A DNA stretch of 64,000 bases from an uncultured Methanosarcinaceae archaeon (GCA_963727895.1 CAVSHT010000012.1:224001-288000); one strand, 5' to 3'. Shown: positions 1 to 11,642, numbered from the stretch's first letter. Program-made: numbers and translations. Notes: generated from the letters alone by a model not told the origin.

Positions 1-85
1 TTGTTACCCCAACACGAGTAAGGTTTATAGCTATGTTTGGTTTGCTGGCTTGGACGTCCGGGAGGTTGAAAGTGCAATGTTCCAT
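1..85 (-). CDS. mptA: GTP cyclohydrolase MptA, N-terminal part; runs off the window
   Basis: Minus-strand ATG at 85 reads MEHCTFNLPDVQASKPNIAINLTRVGVT, matching the PDVQ..LTRVGV start of FolE2/MptA proteins. Confidence 0.8.
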   Translation of the reverse strand, partial: MEHCTFNLPDVQASKPNIAINLTRVGVT

Positions 86-490
86 AATTAACCAGATCCA
101 TAAAAAGATGAATGTTCTATTTTATAAAATGAAACTTGATTAATAAACAATTTTATTCCATGTGGAAAAATATAATGGTCATAAGGAGTTATAGCATGTA
201 AAGTTTGTGCTTTCCATGTTCTTTTTCCAAAATTACAACAAAACTTAAATTTCAAAATTACCCAAAATCCATTTCCTGAAATTTATTTTGGACTCTATTT
301 TTAAAAAGACATAATTATTTAAATATTTTCTTACTTTTCCAACAGCATGGAAAAATTTTGTTTTATATCCTACTTTAAAATTGAGGCTAATTTTGCATAA
401 ACCAACAACTAAAGGCAACATTCTGAAGAAAGATTTTATATACTTTAAAACGTAATCAGTGTCTAGCAATACATTTGCGAGGTGACCTTT

Positions 491-775
491 ATGTCCAACA
501 CAAGAAATTTTGTTTTACGAGACGAAGAAGGTAATGAGCACGGAGTTTTCACTGGAAAACAGCCTCGGCAGGCTGCTCTTAAAGCTGCAAACCGGGGTAC
601 CGGGACTAAATCCAAGCCGGATATCATCCGCCTCAGAGAACGCGGGACAAAGAAGGTGCACGTTTTCAAGGCATGGAAAGAACTCGTCGAAGCCCCTAAA
701 AACAGACCTGGCTGGATGCCTGAACAAATCAGCAAGCCCTTTGTAAAGAAAGAAAAAATAGAAAAAATCGAATAA
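491..775 (+). CDS. Non-histone chromosomal protein MC1
   Basis: SNTRNFVLRDEEGNEHGVFTGKQPRQAALKAANRG is the MC1 signature; GAGGTGA RBS precedes ATG 491. Confidence 0.95.
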   Translation: MSNTRNFVLRDEEGNEHGVFTGKQPRQAALKAANRGTGTKSKPDIIRLRERGTKKVHVFKAWKELVEAPKNRPGWMPEQISKPFVKKEKIEKIE

Positions 776-1007
776 ACTTGATAAACCTAATTTATCTCAC
801 ATGCCCTGAAAATTGGGTTTCTTCTTTTTCTTTAATATCAATATGCAGAATTAGCCTGGATTGATCTTTAGTTTTTAATGCTATCCAGGCTGACTTATTT
901 TCCAATTCTTTTCGGAAATTAATAATACTTTTACTTTTGAATGATTGATCTAACTTTTATCAGACTTTAACGATAGGTTTAAAAATAGATTTTCTGATTC
1001 CTACATC

Positions 1008-1913
1008 ATGGAACTGAAGAGAGAGAACGTGCTTATTGAAGCCCTGCCTTATATGCAGGAGTTCTATGACTCAATCATGGTTATAAAAGTGGGCGGAAAT
1101 GCAATGGTAAGCGCCCAGATCATGGAAGATATTATAAAAGACATTGTACTTCTGCGCTATGTGGGGATTAAGCCCGTTATTGTACATGGGGGCGGGCCTG
1201 AGATTACAGAGAAAATGGAGCGTATGGGTAAGAAAGCTGAATTTTTCCAGGGATTACGTATTACAGACGATGAGACAATGGAGATTGCCAGAATGGTGCT
1301 TGTCGGCAATATCAATACCAAAATTGTATCTCTTATCGGGGTTTGTGGAGGAAAAGGTATTGGGCTTACTGGTTACGATGGAAGAATGATCCTTGGTCAT
1401 AAACAGGCTGCAAAGAAAGTAGTAGTTAATGGTATTGAGACTGAAGTTGATATTGGATGGGTTGGAGAGTGTGAGGTAATTAATCCTGATATTCTCCACA
1501 TAGTTCTTGAAAGAGGATATATTCCTGTCATTTCTCCTATTGCTGTAGATGCTAAAGGCAATGCCCTGAATATTAATGCCGATACAGTGGCAGGCGATAT
1601 TGCTGCAGCTTTGCATGCTAAAAAGCTTATTCTGATGACCGATGTATCAGGGCTGCTCAGAGATATAAATGATCCTAGTAGCCGCATCTCTCGTGTAACT
1701 CTGGATGATATTGATTCTCTTATCGCTAAAGGCATTATACATGGAGGGATGATCCCAAAACTCAAAGGTGCGGCAGTTGCAGTCAAAAACGGGGTTGAAA
1801 AGGCTCATATAATAAATGGAAGCGTTCCTCATTCCATGCTTCTTGAACTCTTCACTGATCATGGAGTCGGAACCATGGTCTATAGTTTCAAAAAGCCAAA
1901 AGATCAGTTATAA
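1008..1913 (+). CDS. argB: Acetylglutamate kinase
   Basis: VIKVGGNAM, VHGGGPEI, NINAD and GGMIPK motifs. Confidence 0.95.
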   Translation: MELKRENVLIEALPYMQEFYDSIMVIKVGGNAMVSAQIMEDIIKDIVLLRYVGIKPVIVHGGGPEITEKMERMGKKAEFFQGLRITDDETMEIARMVLVGNINTKIVSLIGVCGGKGIGLTGYDGRMILGHKQAAKKVVVNGIETEVDIGWVGECEVINPDILHIVLERGYIPVISPIAVDAKGNALNINADTVAGDIAAALHAKKLILMTDVSGLLRDINDPSSRISRVTLDDIDSLIAKGIIHGGMIPKLKGAAVAVKNGVEKAHIINGSVPHSMLLELFTDHGVGTMVYSFKKPKDQL

Positions 1914-1976
1914 ACGACCCCGCAGTTTTATATTATTTCTCTCAATTTTGAGGAATAGATAGGTTAAGAGTTATTC

Positions 1977-2359
1977 ATGAATCTACTTATCCGACCTGTC
2001 AGGTTAAGTGATGCTCAGGACATCAATGAGATGAGAAGGCAAAAAGATGTCAGAGCAGAACCTTTCCCTTCCGACCGAAACAATTGAGTCTACAGAAGGA
2101 TTCCTGAGGTGTCTGGGCAGTGATGACTATGTAATGGTATTCGAACTTGATGGAAAATATTCTTGACCTTACAGATAATTGGCTTATGTTAGTAAGAATC
2201 GAGCTTGATGTTACTGTAGACAATGAAAAAACAATCAGTCTTTACCAATATTTTGGTTTTGAGATTGAGGGAACAAAAAAATATGCAATAATAAAGGATG
2301 GGAAGTATGCCAGTCTCTTTATGATGGCCATGTATAATATTCCCACTCAGTTTAAATAA
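1977..2359 (+). pseudogene. Degraded GNAT (YhhY-like) acetyltransferase
   Basis: ATG 1977 reads MNLLIRPVRLSDAQDINEMRRQ, then the frame breaks and the middle is missing; the C-terminus is RIELDVTVDNEKTISLYQYFGFEIEG. Confidence 0.7.
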
Positions 2360-2366
2360 AATATTT

Positions 2367-3132
2367 GGCATTGGTACTCAAAAATAGATATATATGCTTA
2401 TAACATATATTTCTTCATGAACTGCCCCATATGCAATAGTTCTAATTACAAAAAGAATGGTATAGTTGGTGGTCGTCAACGCTACAAATGCCATGATTGT
2501 GGATATAACTACACAGTAGAGCTAAAATCAACTGCTTTTTCCACTTCTGTAAAAAGACAGGCTTTACAACTCTATCTTGAAGGATTGGGCTTTCGCTCAA
2601 TAGGAAGAGTTTTAGGGGTGAGTCATGTTTCTGTCCAAAAACGGATCAAGAAATTTGGTCAAGAGTGAGAGAATCTAAAAAGTGAAAGTGAGATATCTAT
2701 TGTTGAAATGGATGAAATGCACACGTACATCGGTAACAAAAAAAATATTGCTGGATCTGGATTGCTGTTGATAGAGTTGGGAAAAAGTTCATCAACTGCT
2801 CTTTTGGCAGCAGAGGAACAGAAACTGGAAAACTACTTTGGGAAAAATTGAAGAAAAAAGAGATTGGAGAAGTGATGACAGATCACTGGAGGGCATATGC
2901 AGAGTTTCTTCCAGAAAAGAGTCATACTCAATCCAAAGCAAAAACGTATACTGTTGAAGGATATAACAGCATATTGAGACATTTTCTAGCAAGATTAAGA
3001 AGAAAGACAAAGTGTTATACGAAGAGTCTTGAAATGCTAAAGTACTCGGTTATTCTATTGATGAAATACAGAAATAAAAAGTTAAATATGTTTAGTTACA
3101 TAAAGAGTTAAATATGTTTAGTTACCACTACT
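2367..3132 (+). mobile_element. IS1-family element, copy 1 (defective)
   Basis: InsA-like Zn-ribbon/HTH ORF at 2417-2668 and InsB-like DDE part (MDEMHTY..TDHWRAY..VEGYN). An A-run slippery site lies at about 2738-2745. The 8-bp target duplication AAATATTT is at 2359-2366 and 3133-3140. There is an in-frame TGA at 2666 and a 26-bp tandem duplication at 3074-3125. Confidence 0.9.
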
Positions 3133-3150
3133 AAATATTTTTTACGATCT

Positions 3151-4191
3151 TTAATCTAAAATGGGTTTTCCATAGGCAAAATCTTCAAGTTCCCTAACTT
3201 TTTTCCAGAGTTCTTTACATTCACAGTCAATCTTACTAAGGTCTGCAGGGTTCTGGGTAAGTGAGAATGTCCTCAGAGAGTCTGCGACGTCCGAGCTGCA
3301 GATTTTACAGTTGTGGGGGCCGCGTTTTGAGCCTGCACCTACCGGGTCTGACATCAGAGGCAGGTCTGGATGTGAGGCTTTTGCTCTTTGCAGAATTTCT
3401 ACAATGCTCCAGAGCCAGGGGGGGCGGTATTGTCCTTTTTCCCAGAGAGTCTCTACAAGAGTGCCTTTCTGGATGTTGCAGAGGTTGATGGAGATTGTGT
3501 CAGCGTAAGGTGCTGCATCATCTATAGAATGAATAATATCCTCAAGGGCCTGCCTCTCGGAAAGAAAGAGAGGTTTTAACATCAAGTATGCTTTTATGGT
3601 TACCCCATTTTTTCTTGCAATTTCTGCGGCACGGACAAAGTCCATGAATGTAAAACCTTTATTTATAGAGTCCTTACGGATTTTGTCCGAACTAGTCTCC
3701 AATCCAAAAGCCAGCTCAAAGGGTTTATTTTTCAGGATTTTGAGACACTCTTGCACATTATCTTCGGTTACGAAGTTAGGGCGGGTCTCTGCAAGTATCT
3801 TGACAACTCTTTGGTCTTCTTCAAGGATTTTGAGGATCATATCTCTTGCCTCATAAGGAACCTCTTGCTCGTCAAGAAAACTTCCTGAGGTAAAGATTTT
3901 GACCATAAACTTGGAAAATTTTTCAGTTTTTTTCATCGCTCTTGCAAGCTGGGCTTTGTAATCTTCCAGAGTTGGGGGTTCACTTGCACAGTCATAGACA
4001 TAACCGCACATAGTACACCCTCCGGCTTTTCCCCAGCGGCAACCTGCGCTCTTGAAGATTATAGTTAGAGTTTTTACCTGAATTCCATTTACAAGGTCAA
4101 CTCCTGTCCAGCTTGCCGCAGGTTCATCTGTGGGAGAAGGTTTAACTTTAATCCGTTGTCGGATTTCCATTACTGCTTTATTTAGTGTCAT
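3151..4191 (-). CDS. Archaeosine biosynthesis radical SAM protein RaSEA (TIGR01210 type)
   Basis: GCRWGKAGGCTMCGY cluster motif, IFTSGSFLD, GLET and YRPPWLWS. Confidence 0.85.
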   Translation of the reverse strand: MTLNKAVMEIRQRIKVKPSPTDEPAASWTGVDLVNGIQVKTLTIIFKSAGCRWGKAGGCTMCGYVYDCASEPPTLEDYKAQLARAMKKTEKFSKFMVKIFTSGSFLDEQEVPYEARDMILKILEEDQRVVKILAETRPNFVTEDNVQECLKILKNKPFELAFGLETSSDKIRKDSINKGFTFMDFVRAAEIARKNGVTIKAYLMLKPLFLSERQALEDIIHSIDDAAPYADTISINLCNIQKGTLVETLWEKGQYRPPWLWSIVEILQRAKASHPDLPLMSDPVGAGSKRGPHNCKICSSDVADSLRTFSLTQNPADLSKIDCECKELWKKVRELEDFAYGKPILD

Positions 4192-4308
4192 GGGCGTAAA
4201 AACTCGCTTTGTGGCTTGCTTTATAATTGTAAAAAAGATTTCTTAAGCTGAAAAGCAGCTTCATATTTATGTTGTACTCTATAAATCTATCTCTTTCTGG
4301 TTTGTACT

Positions 4309-5226
4309 TCATTCAAACTCAATTGTGGCAGGTGGTTTTGGTGTAATGTCATAAACCACTCTAGCCACTTGTGGAATTTCGGAAGTGATTCTTGCTTCTA
4401 GTTTTTTAAGTACATTCCAGGGAAGTTCTAACGTTTCTGCTGTCATTCCGTCTCTTGAACCTACAGCTCTTACAGCTACGATCCAGCCATAAGCTCGGAT
4501 ATCTCCTTTTACTCCTGTTCCTTTGCCAAGAACAGCAGCAAAAGTCTGCCAGGGACAGAACCTGTCAAGAAGTTCTTCTTCTACTATGGAGTTTGCTTCC
4601 CTTACAACTTCAAGTTTCTCTTCTGTAATTTCTCCAAGAATCCTTACAGCTAGACCAGGCCCAGGAAAAGGCATTCTTTCACATATCTCGTCAGGTAATT
4701 GAAGTGCCCAGGCAACTTCTCTAACCTCATCTTTGTAAAGGTCTGCAATAGGTTCGATTATACTTTTGAAATCCATTACACTGGGCAACCCTCCAACATT
4801 GTGGTGGGACTTGATTCCGCCTTCAGACTCAATTCTATCAGGATAAATCGTGCCTTGAATTAGATAGTCGGCTGTAAGTTTCCTTGCTTCTTCTTCAAAC
4901 ACGCGGATAAAAGTCTCACCTATAGCCTTTCTTTTTTCTTCAGGGTCAGTTATGCCCTTCAGGGATGCAAGGAATCTATCCTTTGCATAAACAACATCAA
5001 GGTTCATATGCGAAAAAATATGTTTTATTCTCTCAGTTTCTCCTTTTCTCATGAGTCCGGTGTCTATATATATAGGCTGTAATCTGTCTCCTATAGCTCT
5101 ATGAGCCAGCTCTGCACAAACAGAACTGTCCACTCCTCCAGAAAGCGCAATAATTGCTCTCCCGTCCTTTATTTCCTTGCTAATTTTCTCTATTGCTTTT
5201 GGTATGAACTTTTCGGGTTTTACCAT
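4309..5226 (-). CDS. guaAB: GMP synthase, ATP-pyrophosphatase subunit B
   Basis: [28 protein letters not shown] and [14 protein letters not shown]. Confidence 0.95.
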   Translation of the reverse strand: MVKPEKFIPKAIEKISKEIKDGRAIIALSGGVDSSVCAELAHRAIGDRLQPIYIDTGLMRKGETERIKHIFSHMNLDVVYAKDRFLASLKGITDPEEKRKAIGETFIRVFEEEARKLTADYLIQGTIYPDRIESEGGIKSHHNVGGLPSVMDFKSIIEPIADLYKDEVREVAWALQLPDEICERMPFPGPGLAVRILGEITEEKLEVVREANSIVEEELLDRFCPWQTFAAVLGKGTGVKGDIRAYGWIVAVRAVGSRDGMTAETLELPWNVLKKLEARITSEIPQVARVVYDITPKPPATIEFE

Positions 5227-5330
5227 TGAAATGCTCCTTAAGTGATGATAAAGTGAAATCCTTTGAAAAATGATCGTGGTCAGTGAACACTATCTGAATT
5301 TATCTGAATTTGGGTATTTTATTTCAGTCG

Positions 5331-5530
5331 AATACCCCGCTAGCTTGCTGCGGGGATGAAAACTTCCCCGGTAACCGTTGAAATAATATAATTTACAATT
5401 TCATTTTTCGGTTACTAACTTCTGCTTAAACTAAATTATTTAGGGTTATTATTTCCTTTAACGGAATTTCGAGCGGTGGCGGAACATACCCCGTTGCTTG
5501 CAGCGGGGTGCGCCAGCGCAACTTTGATTA
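5331..5530. repeat. Pair of related GC-rich hairpins; possible non-autonomous IS200/IS605-type (PATE/REP-like) element
   Basis: ATACCCCGCTAGCTTGCTGCGGGG (5332-5355) and ATACCCCGTTGCTTGCAGCGGGGT (5486-5509) stand out in AT-rich DNA. Confidence 0.5.
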
Positions 5531-5779
5531 TGGATATGAATTTGTGCATGGGAGTTTTGATATTTAAAGGTATCATAAAAGTACTCTGTAGAAATCTTCT
5601 ATGGTCTATTTACACAAAAATTTATCAAAATAAAATTTAAAAATTGTTCCTTATTTTTGTCCCCACAAAAAATTAAGAGCAATTATTGTCATCAAATAAG
5701 TATATTAAATTTATTGACTTCAGTCTTAAAACTGTTTTTGCTTTATGCATACCTATGGTTCTTGTACGTAGGTAAGCTA

Positions 5780-6854
5780 TAGTCACCTCTGTATTTACTG
5801 CAACATTCTTATACCTGAAATTAGTATATAATTTTATATATGAGTTTGGAAATATTTACAATTTTTGATATTTCTACAGCTATCATAAATTCCTGTAACA
5901 AAAACGAGCAGATTAAACTTCAAGCCTTATTATTGGTCAAAAATGGTTTGAGTCCCGCTAAAGTTGCCGACGATTTTTCAGTTCACCGTTCAACTGTTCA
6001 TCGCTGGATAAAACGAGCTGAAACCGACGGTTTGTTTAGCCTAAAATGTAAACCTGGTAGAGGAATCAAGTCTTTTTTAACTGCAGAACAATTATCTGAG
6101 TTAAGAGAGGCATTTTTAGAACCTATACCAACAGATGATGTTTATTCTCGTGGTTGGCAAACAAAAGATGCAGTTCAATTTGTCAAGGAAAAATTTGGAG
6201 TATCTTATTCCAAATCAAGAATGAGACAAATTTTAAAAAATTTAGGGTTGAGAAAAATCACATGTCGACCTCAATCTAAAAGAAGAAATGAAGTGCTTAA
6301 AAATGAATTTATAAAAGAAGTCCAAAAAACAGATTACTAAACCCTAATCATTTATTCGTTACCCATGATGAAAGTAATTTTTGTGTGGATTCAAATAGAT
6401 CAAGATGTTGGGCAATAAAGGGCTCAAAACCTATTAAATTTACAAGTGGTTCAAAAGCAAAAATCAATATTGGGGATTCTACACTGAAAATGGAGAATTT
6501 TATTGGTATGATTTAGGAATTACACAGAATACAGACTCTTACTTAAAATCATTAATCAAGTTTCAAAGAGATATAGGGGCAATGATATTTCTTTTACTGG
6601 ACAGAGCTACATGGCATAGATCAGCAAAGGCAAAGGAATTTTATCAAAATAATAAGCATTGGTTGAAAATAATATTTTTCCCTCCAGCTACTCCAGATAG
6701 GAACCCAACAGAATACTGTTGGAAAGTGACAAGAGAAAACTTAACGTCAATAAAATCATTTAAAAATATTGAAGCATTAAAGGAAGAAATGAATGAATTT
6801 TGGGAGAAACATACATTTAAACATAAAATGTCGCATTATTTAAAGTGGTGACTA
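5780..6854 (+). mobile_element. IS630-family element, probably inactive
   Basis: Imperfect terminal IRs of about 28 bp (TAGTCACC...) flanked by TA at 5778-5779 and 6855-6856. HTH ORF at 5840-6340 and DDE part (HDES, LLLDRATWH, PDRNPTEYCW). Frame change at an A-run near 6325 plus a further frameshift near 6472. Confidence 0.9.
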
Positions 6855-6943
6855 TAGAAAACAGATGAACTAAGCAAAAATACTCAAAGATAAAGTCCTA
6901 ACTGGCTACTAATATGTGAGCTAAAATAACTACAAAATAATAT

Positions 6944-7843
6944 TTACACGTAATCAATTTCCTTAGCTACCTCTACTAAGGAATACTTCACAATTCCTCT
7001 CATTGTCATATACACTCCAACAAGTGATAAAAAAATCATCAGGAATACCGGCCAGAAATGCAAACTTTCAATTCCAAATATGATAATTCCTTCAAAAAAT
7101 CTAACTCCCATATAAAAACTGCATGTAGCAAGAGCAAAGCCCGGTACAGCATAGAAATATAGAGGTTTATTGACCTCGATATCAATAAATATAGTTTTCA
7201 TGACTTCAAACATATACTTGGCTGGATTTTTAACTTGAGCTCCAAATCTACGATGGGTACCAATTTCGACTTCTTTTATGCGGAGGCCGGATTTTCCTGC
7301 GAGCATCTCACTTTCTATTATCATTCCTTGAGAATCAAAATAAAAGATATCTTTTATGGAAGCTGCACAGGCACGGAAGATGGTCTGAGGATCTTTAATT
7401 TTTTCCGGGTTTTTTTTTGTAAACTTGCTCAAGATGCTTTGCCCAACACGGCGGTAAACAAAATTTGTCATGTCCGGACTGTTCAAATATAAACTACCGT
7501 TAACTATGTCTGCACTACCTTTAATTATTGGAGCAATAAGCTTGGGGATATCTGCAGGGTTATGATGTCCATTAGAACTCATTGTTACAATTATATCGGC
7601 ACCTAGATCAACTGCGGCTTTAAAACCGGTTTCAAGAGCTGAACCTTTTCCTGTGTTAGTCTGATGAACTATTAATTCAGCTCCAGCTTTTTTTGCGATA
7701 TCGGCAGTTCTATCTGAACTTGCGTTATCAACTACAATTACTTTATCGGTATAGAGTTTTGTGAGAAGGATAATGCTTCCAATAGAAGCTTCTTCATTGT
7801 GAGCAGGAAGGACTGCAATAATATTTTTTGAAATTTTGCCCAT
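6944..7843 (-). CDS. Glycosyltransferase family 2 (DPM-synthase-like, two C-terminal TM helices) with degenerate active-site motifs
   Basis: LPAHNEE, VVDNASSDRT and GKGSAL motifs; the DxD position reads TMSSNGHH; alternative start at 7909. Confidence 0.85.
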   Translation of the reverse strand: MGKISKNIIAVLPAHNEEASIGSIILLTKLYTDKVIVVDNASSDRTADIAKKAGAELIVHQTNTGKGSALETGFKAAVDLGADIIVTMSSNGHHNPADIPKLIAPIIKGSADIVNGSLYLNSPDMTNFVYRRVGQSILSKFTKKNPEKIKDPQTIFRACAASIKDIFYFDSQGMIIESEMLAGKSGLRIKEVEIGTHRRFGAQVKNPAKYMFEVMKTIFIDIEVNKPLYFYAVPGFALATCSFYMGVRFFEGIIIFGIESLHFWPVFLMIFLSLVGVYMTMRGIVKYSLVEVAKEIDYV

Positions 7844-8757
7844 AATACATTTATTTTTTTTATGTCGTATGGGCTTGATACTATTATTTCTAATTAGCTG
7901 GTTAATCATCTTTTGGCATCTCCCTCAATATTATATACCTATACGGTGTGTTTGGTACATTTAGATTGAAAACTTTAGGAACATTGAATCTAGAAAATAT
8001 TAAGTATAATTAACAGTACAAATTACTAATCTTTTTTAAGTTATATTTCTAAGCAGAGTATATAAATTTATTGACAGTTCTTGTTCAGATAAATAGTTAT
8101 AATAATGTATCAGTATTTGGAGGCTCTATTCAAAATAACTAAAATTCTGTAATTGAAATAACAGTCATTGAATATATTTATTAATAATTTCACTATGATT
8201 AATATCTCTAATGTATCACATAGGCAAGCTCTAAAATCACTGTTATAGACGTTTTAAACCTTCAAAATTTCAGTCTCGTAGGTTATCAGATTTTCTTATT
8301 TATCTAAAAATACTTAGGTTTCAAAGCAATATTGTTCCTGCTTACCCATTACCTCATTTTTAAATATTGGAATTTTGAGGATACGAAAACAATAAAGAGA
8401 TAAGATAGATTAACTGAATTTGCTTGAAATAAATGAAAAAACACCATTAAAATGAATCAATATTTAAAATATTTTCTAAGTAAATGTTTAAGCTTCCTTT
8501 ATTATAAATTAATTATTAGACATAGTTCTAAAAAGGGCTCAGGAAAAGAAATAAAAAGGAAGCTGGAAATTGAGAAGGGAGTATTATGGTAAAGAATGGC
8601 AGAAAATTAGTATGTATTACTAAACTGGGCCGAAAATCGGAACGAAACTTTTGAATATTGAGCGTCTTGGAAATATAGATCGAAAGAATGAAATGGTTTC
8701 GAAAAATATTTACTCTTCTACACGAAACTAATAAAATATATTTTTTATTATATCTGG

Positions 8758-9699
8758 ATGACCTGCATGACCGGAAAAAAAGTTCCCTCAGATCTGTTTA
8801 TTGTTATGGGGCTTGTGCTCCTTACAGATATTTTTGTACTCATTCCCGGAATAAATGAAACAATGCTCCGGAACACAATTGGGCTACTCTTTGTGCTTTT
8901 TCTACCAGGGTATGCTTTGATTGCAGCGCTTTTCCCTGCAAAATCGGATCTTGACGGGATTGAACGTGTGGCTCTTTCTTTCGGATTAAGCATCGCAATT
9001 GTGCCCCTAATAGGCTTGGGTCTTAATTATACTCCTTGGGGTATCAGAACCCTGCCAATTCTCATAAGTCTTTCCGTTTTCACCTTTATTATGTGTGGGG
9101 TTGCATATCTGAGGCGTTTAAGGCTTCCAGAGACTGAGGCTTTTAAAGTGCCCTTCAAGGAAACAGCTATTTCACTCAAAGCCGATATTATGGGAAGTTC
9201 AGAATCCAGAATGGATAAAGCTCTTACTATTATTCTGATTCTATCTATTCTCTTGTCTGTGGGAACCCTTGTATATGTTATCGTAACTCCAAAAGAAGGA
9301 GAACATTTCACTGAATTTTACATACTTGGACCACAGGGAAAAGCTGACAATTATACTACAAATTACACGCTGGGGCAGAGTGGAACCCTAATAGTTGGAG
9401 TTGTAAATCATGAATATAAACCCATGAATTATACAATGAAAGTAAAGCTTGGAAATAAATCACTTTATCTTCCGGAAAATGTAACGCATATTAGTCTTGC
9501 TTATAACGAAACATGGGAAAAACCAGTTGTTATTACTCCTCCGATTGAAGGAAATAAGATGAAGCTTGAGTTCCTACTCTTTAATGAAACTGATAAAAAT
9601 GTACCTTATAGAGACCTTCATCTCTGGATAAATGTAAATGCAACTGCAACAAAAAAGCCTGGAAATTTGAATATCCAGATAATGAAAAATGCAACTTAA
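8758..9699 (+). CDS. DUF1616 family membrane protein, copy 1
   Basis: LFLPGYALIAALFP..LDGIERVALSFGLS and EHFTEFYILG..YRDLHLWINV. Confidence 0.85.
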   Translation: MTCMTGKKVPSDLFIVMGLVLLTDIFVLIPGINETMLRNTIGLLFVLFLPGYALIAALFPAKSDLDGIERVALSFGLSIAIVPLIGLGLNYTPWGIRTLPILISLSVFTFIMCGVAYLRRLRLPETEAFKVPFKETAISLKADIMGSSESRMDKALTIILILSILLSVGTLVYVIVTPKEGEHFTEFYILGPQGKADNYTTNYTLGQSGTLIVGVVNHEYKPMNYTMKVKLGNKSLYLPENVTHISLAYNETWEKPVVITPPIEGNKMKLEFLLFNETDKNVPYRDLHLWINVNATATKKPGNLNIQIMKNAT

Positions 9700-10169
9700 A
9701 TAGAAAACTTCTTAAACTTTAATCGTTACTAGTTTACTAGTGCAGGTCTGTAAGTTGTATATCCGCAGCTTACATTCCAGTTTCTACGTTTTTTAGATCC
9801 AGAGTTAACTTCTTTTATGATGAACTGAATTCAGAGCTAGTGCTTTTTGATTTTAGTTCATTCTTTTTGGCTATTTTTGCTTTCTACAAAGAATTAACAT
9901 GAAAAAATTATATTGTGTTTTAGTAAGAGCTGTAAAAGTTCCATTCTTTTGTAGAAATTTTGGACTTTTTATGAGGATTGAATCGTCAATAAATGCTCGA
10001 CTATCCAATAAAATTTATATACTCTCTCGTTAATAATTCTTATAGTATTACACAGGATACATTTCATGTATTTTTGTATGTTTCTACAACTGTCTATCTA
10101 TTATTCCGATGTTTCTTCCGAGTAAATAAAATTAACATAAAATTTCTCCACTAGAAAAGGAGTAATCCT

Positions 10170-11060
10170 ATGCAAAAATTAACTAATTTTCAAAAAAGAC
10201 GAAAAGAACTCAATTCTCATATTATTTCATCTTTTTTTGTCTGGAATATACCAGAAACTGAAAAAATAAATAATAAATATTTTGAGCTGAATAAACGCAA
10301 GATTCTTACTGTATTACCAGTTCTGTGTATTGTATTTACTGAATTTTTAATCTTTTTGGGAAATGTGGGAATAGCTATATGGCTTCATATCGGAATTTTG
10401 ATATCGCTTTCGTTTTCCAGCATTTTGATAAAGGACTCTGAAATCCAGAAAATTCATCAAGTACTGATGCTTCTCCCTGTCCTTAGACTTATAAACCTTT
10501 CAATGCCGATTTTTTTTGAAACAACTCTTTATACATTTATTTTTATATATGGCTCGCTAGCAATTCCTGTGGCGATTGTGATTAGTCACCAGCGATATAC
10601 CCTTGAGCAGATAGGAATATCAATGAAGAATGTAAAAGAATATATGATTCTCTCCATTCCTTTGAGTTTAGTTCTTGGACTTGGAGAATATCTGACAATA
10701 AAATCAGAGTATTTGATTCCTGATCTCACTTTCAAAAACTTACTTAAACTAACTTTTATAATGGTTTTCTTTGTAGGTTTGGTTGAAGAACTTATTTTCA
10801 GGTCAATCCTACAGACCAGACTCGAAAAAGCATTAGGTATTAGTGAATCCTTATTGATTACAGCCTTATTGTTTGGCTTTATGCACTCAGGGTACGGCAC
10901 CTTTTATGAAATTTTATATACAGGGTTTGTAGGACTAGTTATGGGATTAGCTTTCTACAAAACAAAAAGTCTTCCCTTTATTATGGTTCTTCATGGCTTT
11001 ATTAATGTTTATCTTTTCGGAATTTTTCCCTATTATTTGAATGGAGGAATAGGAATGTAA
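10170..11060 (+). CDS. CPBP (CAAX/Abi) intramembrane glutamic endopeptidase, copy 1
   Basis: EELIFR, FGFMH and HGFIN motifs in a multi-TM protein. Confidence 0.9.
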   Translation: MQKLTNFQKRRKELNSHIISSFFVWNIPETEKINNKYFELNKRKILTVLPVLCIVFTEFLIFLGNVGIAIWLHIGILISLSFSSILIKDSEIQKIHQVLMLLPVLRLINLSMPIFFETTLYTFIFIYGSLAIPVAIVISHQRYTLEQIGISMKNVKEYMILSIPLSLVLGLGEYLTIKSEYLIPDLTFKNLLKLTFIMVFFVGLVEELIFRSILQTRLEKALGISESLLITALLFGFMHSGYGTFYEILYTGFVGLVMGLAFYKTKSLPFIMVLHGFINVYLFGIFPYYLNGGIGM

Positions 11061-11387
11061 AAAAACTAATACATATATCTTTACTGGTTCTTACAGTTAT
11101 ATGTTCTTCTATGTTCTTAGTACTTTCAGAATGCTAATTTTCGACAGTTACTGCTGAATTAAATTAATTCCTTAACTGATTTCAAAGCATGAAGTATAGA
11201 ATACTTGGAAATATTATTTCCTATATTAAAAAACTAAAAATGAAATGTGTTTAAGAATAAATAAGGAATTTGGCAAAAATAGATTCGGAAGATAGTAATA
11301 AACCTACTAAAATATGGATTATAATATAATCATTTACACTGAAAATGTAAAAAGTTAAACAGGTGAAATTCCCTGTTGAGATAATTA

Positions 11388-11642
11388 TTAAGATAAAACA
11401 ACATTTAAGATCTTATACATGACAATTCCTGCAAAACAGATAAGTAAAGGCAGAATTATCATGTTGAGTGAACTATTTATAGAACTATTCCATTTTTCAG
11501 ATACTGATAACACTTCTTTCAGGGAAAGAGTACTTATGAGTCCGATGACGACTGAAGCTCCATATAGAGGAACTCCAGGGGTTGTAATCATGGAAATAGC
11601 GCTTGCAGAAATAGCACTTGATGAAATTACACTTAATAATAT
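11388..11642 (-). CDS. Small two-helix membrane protein (84 aa) with a probable ATA start
   Basis: The frame stays open upstream of the tracked ATG (11591) to an ATA 7 nt after GGAGG; it has two hydrophobic segments. Confidence 0.7.
   Translation of the reverse strand: MLLSVISSSAISASAISMITTPGVPLYGASVVIGLISTLSLKEVLSVSEKWNSSINSSLNMIILPLLICFAGIVMYKILNVVLS

Noticed and set aside
245..469. 74-aa minus-strand ORF
   Set aside because: AT-rich divergent promoter region between mptA and MC1, with no recognisable motif
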